Below, in pieces: positions 8,620 to 17,150 of a stretch of 33,129 bases of DNA (within the stretch, counting starts at the first letter, position 1; every line of letters begins with the position of its first letter). The translations under genes were made by a program, and so were the position numbers. The notes under the pieces were generated by a model that was not told the DNA's origin, did no database searches, and saw only the letters and a list, made by a program, of their open reading frames with translations. The stretch spans positions 1-33,129 of the forward strand of contig JBJONS010000031.1 in NCBI GenBank assembly GCA_046051725.1, in the 5' to 3' direction. The DNA is from Pseudomonadota bacterium (lineage in GTDB: Bacteria > Myxococcota_A > UBA796 > UBA2385).

Positions 8620-10441
8620 TCAGCTCGGGCTGGACACGTGGGTGTACCAGCGCTGGGGCAGCTGGGCGGACACGAAGCTGGTGAGCTTGGTGAGCACGAG
8701 CTCGCCGGCGGCGACCGTGGCCGGACCGGTGAAGTAGCCGCTGTTGCTCGGATCGGCGGGGTTGGGCGCCGAGGGCGCGCGCCAGAACCAGCCCTGCGAG
8801 GCCATGGTGCTCGCGGTGTTGCCGGTGCCGAACACGATCTGCAGCCCGCGGTTGATCAGCCCGCCGCCCACGTTGGTGCCGCACAGCATCGAGAAGCCGG
8901 TGCCGACGACCTGGGGCTGCGCGGCGCCGGCGCCGTAGCTGGTCGCGACCGGGGTCGTGAATTTGAGGCCGTAGGGCTGGAAGGTGTTCTGGAGCCAATT
9001 GGCGAGCGCGACGCTGTTCTCGTCAAGGCTGCCCATCAACCGCATACGCAGCCGCTGGTTGTACCGGGACTGGTCATTCCAGACGGTCTGCGCGGCGGCC
9101 CAGGCGACGGGGTCGGTGCGCCAGTGCTCGGTGCCCGCCTTGTACAGCACCCCATTGGCGAGAACATCGACCTCGGGGTTGAAGAGGTAGCCGACCTTCG
9201 ACCAGGTGATCGCGCCGCCCGAGCTGGCGGCGCTGCCGATCTCGATCTCCCACCGGGGGTACTTGGGGATCGGCAGCTGCTGGTTCGCCTTCGCCTGCAC
9301 GTCGGGCGCCAGGGCGGCCAGGGCCGAGGTGCGCAGCCCCTCATCGGCGATCGGCCCGAGCAGGCAGCTCTGGTCCACCTCGCGCGGGCCGGCGACCAGC
9401 GGCCGCTGATCGAGGCCGAGCGCGTCGAGCAGGGCGCGGGCCCGCAGGTGCAGCTCGTCGTGGGTGATCGTGGCGAAGACCTGCCCGAGGCCGGTGTCTT
9501 GGGTCTGCCAGCGGGACAGCACCGTCTGCAGGGCCCAGCTCCACGCGCCCTGGGGGCGGCCGTTGAGGTCGGCGGTGTAGCAGGTGTGGTTGACATCGCA
9601 GGAGAGCAGGCCCCGGCCGGCCGCCCCGATGGCCTTGGCCAGGGCGCCGTCGACCCGGTCGGCGATGGTCGCGTCGGCGGCGACCGGGGTGGCGAAGCAC
9701 GCGTCGATGACCACCGTGAGGTCATCGACCCAGAGGGCGTCCCCGCGCAGCTCGGGATCGATGGTCGGGGCGGGCGCGCCCGGGATGCCCGCGGCGAGGC
9801 CCCCGAGGCGCTCGCCGATCTCGGCGCGCAGCTCGCCGGCCCAGCGCGGCAGGGCCCGGCTGATCACCGGGGCGCCTGCCTCGTCGAAGCGCCCGCCCTG
9901 GGCCGGGGTGTCACCCGTCGGGGGCGGCGCTTGCTCGGGGCCGTCGCCCGCCGCGCCCGGCTTGGACGTGCCCGGGGCGAGCCGGTGCAGGGGGGTGGCG
10001 CCGACCAGCTCGATCAGGCCGTCGCCCGAGAAGTAGGAGGCGTACTCTTTCGGGGTCGCCCGCACGTGGTCGGCGCCGGCGAACAGGAACTGGGAGAGGT
10101 CGGCCTGGGCGGCGTTGGCGCCCGAGAGCAGCGCCTCGGCGGCGACGCCGTGGCCGGAGAAGGTCAGCAGCTTCTGGCCGCGCCACGCCATCAGCCAGTC
10201 GACGCTGGCGCTGATGTTGGCGCCCGTCGCCTGCGCCCGCGGGGTGGCGCGGGCGAGCGCGAGGAGGTCGTCGCGCAGCGCGTCGTCGGGCCGGGCCACC
10301 GCCTCGACCAGATCGAGGGCCCCGAGCCGGGGGCTGGTCAGCAGGCGGATGTTCTGCGGGTGCACGCCGAGCCGCCCCACCGCGTAGTGCCACCAGGCGA
10401 TCGCGTCGTGAAGAAGAGAGGGCAGCGACGCTCTGGCTCAA
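8620..10441 (-). pseudogene. Caspase-family (clan CD, C14-like) protein with an unknown C-terminal domain; 5' end apparently frameshifted or deleted
   Basis: HDAIAWW...PQNIRLLTS, ATGANI, LLTFSGHG (His), VVIDAC (Cys), LLSCD and GAWSWAL motifs. The likely start (AGGAG + TTG at 10441, MSQSVAAL) is out of frame with the body, and the body frame has a TGA at 10440-10438. It could still be expressed from GTG 10380. Confidence 0.7.
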
Positions 10442-10587
10442 GGGGGCTCCTGCTCGGCTTGGCGCCACGGGGGCGCCCGCTCCCTGGGGGGAGCGCGGGG
10501 CTGCGGGGCGCGACCACGCGCCTCGCACGCCGCTTTAGCCGGTCGCTTCCGCGGCCGCAGGCGACTGCACCCCCCTGGGGAGCGCGC

Positions 10588-13191
10588 TCAGCCGCCGCAG
10601 CGCTGGCCGAGCAGGCGCAGGCGGGTGTTCACGTCCCGCAGCAGCTCGGGGCGCTTGCCGCCCAGCTCGCGGGCCTTGCAGTAGGACTGCAGCGCCAGCT
10701 CTTTGTTGTCGCTGAGCTCTGCGACAAAACCCACCCCGTACCAGGCGTCGGGGTTGGCCGGCCGCTCGCGCACCGCCGCGTCGAAGGCCTCGCGGGCGCC
10801 CCGCAGGTCGTGGGCCTCGATGTCGGCCCAGCCCTGGCGGAGCAGATCCCCGACGGTGCGCTTGCCGCCCGGCGGCGGCGCGGGGATGGGCGCCGGCGCC
10901 GGAGGCGGCGCGGCCACGGCCAGCACAGGCACAGGCATAGGATCAGCGGCAGCGACGGCGTCTTCGCCGACCGGACCGCCGAGGGGCTCAGCCGCGGGCC
11001 GCGCGGCTGCCGGGGCGGGCGCCGCCGGTGCGGCCGCCGCGGCGCCCAGCTCGACGGGGGCGGTCGCGGCCGGCGCATCGACCGCAGGGGGAGCCATCGG
11101 GGTGGCGGGCGGCGGGGCGGCGGCCGCAGCGGGGGAGGCCTGCAGGGCCTCGAGCTCGAGCTCGGGCGCGCCCTCGATCGCCGCGGGGCCGCGGCCGGGG
11201 GCGGGCACGCCGAGCAGCCAGGCCAGGGCGCAGGCGGCGGCCAGGGCGAGGCTGCTCGCGAACAGCGCCGGGGAGACCTTTCCGCCGCGGGCCTCGGCGG
11301 GGTCATGCCCGGTGACGCTGAGGTGCAGGTAGCGGGTCACCTCGCGAAAGCCGGGGTTGACGCTGACCACGTAGGCGAAGCGCTCGCGGGCCCGCTCACG
11401 CTCACCGCGGTGCAGGGCCGCCACGCCCTCTTCGTAGGCGTTGGCCAGCCGCGCGGTGTGCTCGAGGCGCTCGATGTCGGCGCTCCACACGCTGTGGCGG
11501 CGGGCGATGTGCAGGGCGCCGGCGTAGTCCGAGCGGGCCTCGTGGGCGGCCTGCTCGCGCCGCTCGTCTTCGAGGTGCCGGGCCCGCAGCGCCTGCTTCA
11601 CCGGCGAGGTCTCGGTCGGCTGGTCGCTGGCGGTGGCGGCCTCGTGCGCGGCGGCGAGGTCGCCCGCGGCGAGCGCCGCTGCGCCCCGATCCTCGAGCAG
11701 GCGGTTGCGCAGGCGCTTGGCCTCGGACTGCTCGGGAGCGACCTCGAGCACGCGGTTGTAGAGCTGCAGCCGCCGCTCGGCGTCGGGGGCCTCGGCGGCC
11801 AGATCGAGCAGCGCGCGGGTGAGGTAGGGGCCCGCCCGCCCCGGGCGCAGCGGGTGGAGCCGCTCGAGGAAGGGCACCGCCGCCGCGAGCTCGCCGTCGC
11901 GCAGGTGGATGGCCGCGAGCATCTCGAGCGCGCCGGTGTGGTCGGGGTGCACCGCCAGCACCGCCCGCACCGCGTCGGCGGCCTCACGGCGCACGCCGGG
12001 GCCCCGGGCGGCCTGCCAGCGCATGGCCGCGGCCCGGTAGCGCTCGTCGGCCTGGGGCAGCAGACCGTCCAGCTCGCCGAAGATGTCGTCGAGCGGCAGG
12101 CCGGCCCGCACCCAGGTCCGCAGCAGGGGCACGGTCGGGCGCAGCACCGCGGGATCGGCGTCCAGCACGTCTTGCCGGCGCAGCTCGCGCGGACCATCCT
12201 CGAGCAGCTCGCGCCCCACGCCGCGCAAGCCGCGGGCCCGCAGCAGATCGCCGAGCTCGGCCGCCCCGCAGGCCCCGCGGTCGCTCCAGGCGAGCACGCC
12301 GAGCACGAGGCGGGCCGCCGGGGGCAGCCCCGACCAGACCGCCAAAAAGTGCCCCGACAGGGCGTCGAGCGCAGGCGCGACCGCCGCGTGCACCATCGCG
12401 GCGGTGGCGGTGGGGGCCACCCGGCCCGGGGCGCTGCAGGCCTTGTCCCAGATGACCTCGCAGAGGGCCTGGGTGACCGCGGGGTGGCAGCCGCTGCGCT
12501 CGAGCAGGGCGTCGACCGCCTCGTTGGTCCACATCAGGCTGCGGTCGACCTGGGAGAGGCGCACCAGCGACCAGGCCTGGGCCAGCTCGAGCGGGCCGAC
12601 CGCGCGGCGCAGGGGGCTCGGCAGGTGCTTGCGCAGCGCGGCCTCGGCGCCGGCGCTGCGCAGATCGTAGGCCACGACCACCGCGAGGCGGGCGGCGTGG
12701 CGCTCGAGCAGGCCGCCGACCAGCGGGAGGAGGGCGCCCGCCGTGGTGCGGCTGCGCGCGTCGTCGACCACCGGGAAGGCGTCGATGAGCAGCACGAGGC
12801 GCTCGCCCTCGCCGAGCCGGGCCAGCGCGGCGGGCAGCCACTGGCCGCACAGCTGATCTTCGGGCCAGGCGCCGCGCGCGGGGGCGTCCACCCCCAAGGC
12901 GCCCGCGATCTGCCCGGCCAGGGCCACCAGGGCGTCGTCGACCGCCGCGCCCGCAAAGGGCGCGGGATCGAAGCGGGCGGCGCGCAGGCCGCCGCTCTCG
13001 CTGAGCTGCACGCGCAGCTCGTCGAGCAGCGAGGTCTTGCCGCTGCCCGGCCCGCCGCCGACGATCACCGCCGCGCGCTCGGGACGCCGCAGGGCGAGGC
13101 TCAGCTCGCCGAGGAGCTCGGCCCGGCCGACGAAGGCGGCGGAGTCTCCGACGCTGCCGCTGGAGCGGTAGGGGTTCTGCGGCGACGGCAT
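10588..13191 (-). CDS. STAND-like P-loop ATPase with winged helix, TPR repeats, one TM helix, a Pro/Ala linker and a C-terminal TPR domain
   Basis: N-terminal NPY..G.V....FVGR motif, Walker A GGPGSGKTS, Walker B LVLLIDAF, SGCHP (GxP motif) and VPLLRTWV. TPR-like helices follow, then TM segment ALFASSLALAAACALAWLLGV and the C-terminal TPR AREAFDAAVRERPANPDAWYGVG. Confidence 0.85.
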   Translation of the reverse strand: MPSPQNPYRSSGSVGDSAAFVGRAELLGELSLALRRPERAAVIVGGGPGSGKTSLLDELRVQLSESGGLRAARFDPAPFAGAAVDDALVALAGQIAGALGVDAPARGAWPEDQLCGQWLPAALARLGEGERLVLLIDAFPVVDDARSRTTAGALLPLVGGLLERHAARLAVVVAYDLRSAGAEAALRKHLPSPLRRAVGPLELAQAWSLVRLSQVDRSLMWTNEAVDALLERSGCHPAVTQALCEVIWDKACSAPGRVAPTATAAMVHAAVAPALDALSGHFLAVWSGLPPAARLVLGVLAWSDRGACGAAELGDLLRARGLRGVGRELLEDGPRELRRQDVLDADPAVLRPTVPLLRTWVRAGLPLDDIFGELDGLLPQADERYRAAAMRWQAARGPGVRREAADAVRAVLAVHPDHTGALEMLAAIHLRDGELAAAVPFLERLHPLRPGRAGPYLTRALLDLAAEAPDAERRLQLYNRVLEVAPEQSEAKRLRNRLLEDRGAAALAAGDLAAAHEAATASDQPTETSPVKQALRARHLEDERREQAAHEARSDYAGALHIARRHSVWSADIERLEHTARLANAYEEGVAALHRGERERARERFAYVVSVNPGFREVTRYLHLSVTGHDPAEARGGKVSPALFASSLALAAACALAWLLGVPAPGRGPAAIEGAPELELEALQASPAAAAAPPPATPMAPPAVDAPAATAPVELGAAAAAPAAPAPAAARPAAEPLGGPVGEDAVAAADPMPVPVLAVAAPPPAPAPIPAPPPGGKRTVGDLLRQGWADIEAHDLRGAREAFDAAVRERPANPDAWYGVGFVAELSDNKELALQSYCKARELGGKRPELLRDVNTRLRLLGQRCGG

Positions 13192-13351
13192 GGCGGGCCT
13201 GGGGCGGGGAGCCGGAGGAGGGCCGGCCGAGGCCGGCGGGGTCTTCGGCGCGTCCTGGCCGCGGATCGGCGGTCTCGGCGCGACGGTGCCCCGATACCAC
13301 GGACCGGCGCCGCCGTGCCCCCCCCCGGACATTCCCGGATGCGCTGGGCGA

Positions 13352-14470
13352 TCAGGCGGGCTTGCGTGCGCGCTTCTCCATCCGCTTGCGCAGCTTGTCC
13401 ATGGTCTTGCCGAGGCCCAGCGCCTTGCGCACCTCGCGCATGGTCTGGGTGGCGAGCCGCTGCATGGCCAAGGTGCCCTCCCACAGCACGTCGTCGAGCA
13501 GATCGGGCTGCGTCGCGTAGTGGGCCCGCCGCTCCCACAGGGGCTCCATGAAGGTGACCATGGCGGTCAGCAGGCGATCCTTGACCTCGCCATCCCCGAC
13601 CGTGCCCGCCGCGTAGCGGGCGGCCAGCTCGTCGACCTCGGCCTGATCGGGGTTGAAGATCCGGTGGTACTCAAAAACCGGGTTGCCCTCGACCGTGCCG
13701 GGCACGTCGGCGTGCACCCGGTTGGGGTCGGTGTACATCTTGCGGATCTTCTTCTCGAGCGCCTTGCGGTCATCGCTGAGCAGGATGCTGTTGCCCGCCG
13801 ACTTGCTCATCTTGCCCTTGCCGTCGGTGCCCACCAGCGCCCGCTCGACGCCGAGCAGCGGCGCGGGCTCGACGAAGACCTCGCCATAGGTCTGGTTGAA
13901 GCGGCGGGCGATCTCGCGGGTGATCTCGACCTGGGCGAGGTTGTCGGGCCCGACCGGCACGATGTGGGCCTTGGGCAGCAGGATGTCGGCCGCCTGCAGC
14001 ACCGGGTAGCCCAACAGGCCGTAGGGGATGCTCTCTTCGTCGAGGTTGGCGTTCTTGGCCATCTCTTTGAGGGCCGGCAGCCGCGACAGCCGGTTGACCG
14101 TCACGAAGTTCTGCAGCAGCGTGTTGAGCTCGTAGACCTCGGGGATGGCCGACTGCAGGTAGATCTTGGCGTGGTTCGGGTCCATGCCGGCGGCCAAGTA
14201 GTCGAGCAAGATCGAGCGCACGTTGTCGCCGATCTCTTGGATGTCGGCCGGGCTGCGCTTGGTCGTCAACATGTGCAGGTCGGCGATCAAGATGTAGGTG
14301 TCGTACTCGGTCTGCAGCTTGACCCGGTTCTGGATGCTGCCGACGAGGTGCCCGAGGTGGAGCTGGCCGGTCGGCCGGTCGCCGGTCAGCAGGCGCTTGA
14401 CCCCTCCGGCTGCGCCCGCCGCCTTGACCTCACCCTGCTGCACGCCCTCTTGCTCCGTCTGGCCGCTCAT
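13352..14470 (-). CDS. trpS: Tryptophan--tRNA ligase
   Basis: TGDRPTGQLHLGH (HIGH), GYPVLQAADIL, VPVGPDN and KMSKS. GGAGG RBS before ATG 14470. Confidence 0.97.
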   Translation of the reverse strand: MSGQTEQEGVQQGEVKAAGAAGGVKRLLTGDRPTGQLHLGHLVGSIQNRVKLQTEYDTYILIADLHMLTTKRSPADIQEIGDNVRSILLDYLAAGMDPNHAKIYLQSAIPEVYELNTLLQNFVTVNRLSRLPALKEMAKNANLDEESIPYGLLGYPVLQAADILLPKAHIVPVGPDNLAQVEITREIARRFNQTYGEVFVEPAPLLGVERALVGTDGKGKMSKSAGNSILLSDDRKALEKKIRKMYTDPNRVHADVPGTVEGNPVFEYHRIFNPDQAEVDELAARYAAGTVGDGEVKDRLLTAMVTFMEPLWERRAHYATQPDLLDDVLWEGTLAMQRLATQTMREVRKALGLGKTMDKLRKRMEKRARKPA

Positions 14471-14610
14471 CTCGCCTCCCCTGTGGACCCGCGCCGGGGC
14501 CCCGCACCGGCGACCGTTAGCACAGGCCCGGCGGGGCCGCCCGGCGGAGGGCTGGGGTAGGCTCCGACCGGCGCCGGGGAGAAGGGACCACCCGGGCGCA
14601 CGGGGCGCCG

Positions 14611-15555
14611 ATGACCGACAGCTCACCGGGGACGTTTCGCGAAGACATCGACGCGATGCTGATCTTCCACGAGATCGTGCTGCAGGGCAGCTACTCTGCC
14701 GCCGCGGCGCGCTTCGGCCTCACCCGCAGCGCGGTCAGCAAGCGGGTCTCGCGCCTCGAAGAGCGCCTCGGCCTGCGCCTGCTGCACCGCACCACCCGCC
14801 AGGTGGCGGCGACCGAGGCCGGGCTGCGCTTCCACGCCCACTGCGCCCGCCTGCTCGCCATCCTCGACGAGGCCGAGGCCGACATGGGCAGCCTCGCCCA
14901 AGAGCCGGTCGGCACCGTCCGCATCAACGCGCCCGTGGTCTTCGGCGAGTACTACCTCGCCGAGCCCTTGGCCGAGTTTCAGGGCCGCCACCCCCGGGTG
15001 CGGGTCCAGCTCACGCTCAGCGACCACCGCTCGGACCCCGTCGCGCTGGGCCTCGACCTCGTGGTGCGGGTCGGGCCGGTCTTCGACGACTCGCTGGTCG
15101 CCCGGCAGCTGCTGCGGGCCCGGGTCGTGACCTGCGCGAGCCCCGGCTACCTCGCCAAGGCCGGCACGCCGGCCCACCCCGCCGAGCTCGTGCGGCACCG
15201 CTGCCTGCGCTACCTCAACCTGCCCGAAGAGCGCGAGTGGTCCTATGTGGTCGACGGTGAGATCCAGGCCCCGGTCGGCAGCTGCCCGCTCGAGACCGAC
15301 TCGGGCCTCGCCCTGCGCGGCGCCGCCCTCGCCGGCATGGGCCTCGCCCACCTGCCGAGCTTCTACGTCGAGCACGACCTGCGGCACGGCACCTTGGTGC
15401 AGGTGCTCGGCGAGTTCGAGCTGCCCGACATCTCGGCCTACCTCGTCTACGTCAGCCGCAAGCACCAGCCCGCCGCGGTCCGGGCGCTGATGCAGTTCTT
15501 GCTCGACTGGTTCGCCGCCCACCCGCTGGCGCCGGTGCAGGGCTGCGCGGGCTGA
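14611..15555 (+). CDS. LysR-family transcriptional regulator (CrgA-like substrate-binding domain)
   Basis: GSYSAAAARFGLTRSAVSKRVSRLEERLGLRLLHRTTR HTH, ASPGYL..GTP.HP.EL..H.CL and GMGLAHLPSF. Confidence 0.95.
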   Translation: MTDSSPGTFREDIDAMLIFHEIVLQGSYSAAAARFGLTRSAVSKRVSRLEERLGLRLLHRTTRQVAATEAGLRFHAHCARLLAILDEAEADMGSLAQEPVGTVRINAPVVFGEYYLAEPLAEFQGRHPRVRVQLTLSDHRSDPVALGLDLVVRVGPVFDDSLVARQLLRARVVTCASPGYLAKAGTPAHPAELVRHRCLRYLNLPEEREWSYVVDGEIQAPVGSCPLETDSGLALRGAALAGMGLAHLPSFYVEHDLRHGTLVQVLGEFELPDISAYLVYVSRKHQPAAVRALMQFLLDWFAAHPLAPVQGCAG

Positions 15556-15994
15556 GCCACGGCGGGAGGCACCAGCGCCCCGCTCCACCACCCCAAGGGC
15601 GTGACCTGGGGAGGGGAGCGGGGCAGCAGGCGGAGGGAAAGGGGCCAGGACGTCCAGCAGGCCCGAATTCGGTCGACCGCGCCCCCCGGCGGAGGTTGAC
15701 CCGGCCCGACTGGCGTCCAGACGCTGACATTCTAAGACATATGCAAGGCGCTCCTGACAAGCCCCGGCACAATCGAGCCCCGGTTCTGTGCGTACGGATT
15801 TCCATCTCCATCATCTTGCTCAGAAAAAAGATTGTCGAAGATGATGATCCACTTCTCGCCCGAGGCCCCGCGGTTGCGCGCCCCCGCCGCGGCGCGGTGA
15901 CAGCCGGTGACAGGATCACCGCCCCGGCGCCCCGCGCGCCCCCTCCCGAGCCCACCCGCGCGGCGGCATAGACGGGGCCGCCGCCGAGGACCCG

Positions 15995-17089
15995 ATGCCG
16001 CACCGCGCCCACCCCGCCCAGCACCGCCCGCCGCGCCCGACCCTGCACCAGCCGCCGGGCACGCCGATCTACACGGGCCCGACGCGGGACCACGAGGTGA
16101 GCCTGCACCTCGTCACCTACAACGAGTCGGTGGCCGAGGAGCACGCTGCCCAGGGCGGCGCCGAGGTGCTCCGCCGCGCGGCCGCCTGGCGGCGCCCGGA
16201 CCGCATCACCTGGGTGCACGTCGATGGCGTACACGACGTCGATGTCGTCGGCCTGCTCGGCGATGTCTTCGAGCTGCACGGCCTCGCGGTCGAGGACATC
16301 GTGACCCTCGAGACCCGGGCCAAGGCCGAAGACTACGGGCTCTCGGTGGTGGTGAACCTCAAGCACCTGCGGCTGACCGAGGGCGCCGAGGCCGCGCTCA
16401 GCGAAGAGCACGTCAGCCTCGTGCTCGGCGAGGGCTGGGTGCTGAGTTTTCAAGAGCTGCCCGCGCCGCTGTTCGCCGCGGTCCGCACCCGGGTGATGCA
16501 GGCCCGCGGGCGGATCCGCCAACGGGCGGCCGACTACCTGCTCCACGCCCTGCTCGACGCCATCATCGACGACTACCGCGCCATCGCCGACCGGTTCTCG
16601 GACGCCGTCGACGCGCTCGAGGAGCGCCCCACCGACCGCTTCGACGAGGCCCTGCCCGGCGACGTGCACCGCCTCAAGGCCCAGCTGCAGGCCTTCCGTC
16701 GGGCGGCCAAGCCGGTGCGCGAGGCTTTGGCCATCCTCGAGCACGCACGCCCCGAGCTGGTCCACAAGGCCACGCTGCCCTTCTTCCGCGACCTGCTGGC
16801 CCACCTCAACGAGGTCGTCGAGCTGTCCGAGAGCCTGCGCGAGCGCCTCGACAACACGCTCGAGCTGCACCTCGCGCTGGCCAGCCACCGCATGAACGAG
16901 ACGATGCGCGTGCTCACCGTGGTGACCGCCATTTTCATCCCGTTGAGCTTCATCGCCGGCGTCTATGGCATGAACTTCGACCAGATGCCCGAGCTGCACA
17001 GCGCCTGGGGCTACCCCGCCGTGCTCGGCCTGATGGCGATGTTGGCCATCGGGCTGCTCTGGCGCTTCCGCCGCCGCGGGTGGATCTAA
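15995..17089 (+). CDS. corA: Magnesium/cobalt transporter CorA
   Basis: N-terminal PPGTPIYTG, ADYLLHALLDAIIDDY, MNETMRVLT, and the YGMNF..MPEL signature with two C-terminal TM helices. Confidence 0.96.
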   Translation: MPHRAHPAQHRPPRPTLHQPPGTPIYTGPTRDHEVSLHLVTYNESVAEEHAAQGGAEVLRRAAAWRRPDRITWVHVDGVHDVDVVGLLGDVFELHGLAVEDIVTLETRAKAEDYGLSVVVNLKHLRLTEGAEAALSEEHVSLVLGEGWVLSFQELPAPLFAAVRTRVMQARGRIRQRAADYLLHALLDAIIDDYRAIADRFSDAVDALEERPTDRFDEALPGDVHRLKAQLQAFRRAAKPVREALAILEHARPELVHKATLPFFRDLLAHLNEVVELSESLRERLDNTLELHLALASHRMNETMRVLTVVTAIFIPLSFIAGVYGMNFDQMPELHSAWGYPAVLGLMAMLAIGLLWRFRRRGWI

Positions 17090-17150
17090 GCGCGCCGCGG
17101 GGGGACGCCGCCCGCCGGCGGGGGATAGGCGCTTCGCCCGGAGGCCCCCC

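Noticed and set aside
8611-13551. 1646-aa plus-strand ORF
   Set aside because: It is an antisense shadow of the caspase, ATPase and trpS genes: Arg/Gly/Ala-rich with no motifs. Long stop-free antisense frames are expected at this GC content.
14517-14523. TTAGCAC resembling a CIRCE half-site
   Set aside because: There is no second half-site, and it lies upstream of trpS rather than a chaperone. It more likely belongs to the trpS extended -10.
14471-14610. T-box or Trp attenuator upstream of trpS
   Set aside because: The intergenic region is only 140 bp, with no T-box consensus, Trp-rich leader peptide or terminator.
17090-17130. Palindrome CCCGCCGGCGGG after corA as a terminator
   Set aside because: It has no loop or U-tract, and udk follows closely on the same strand.
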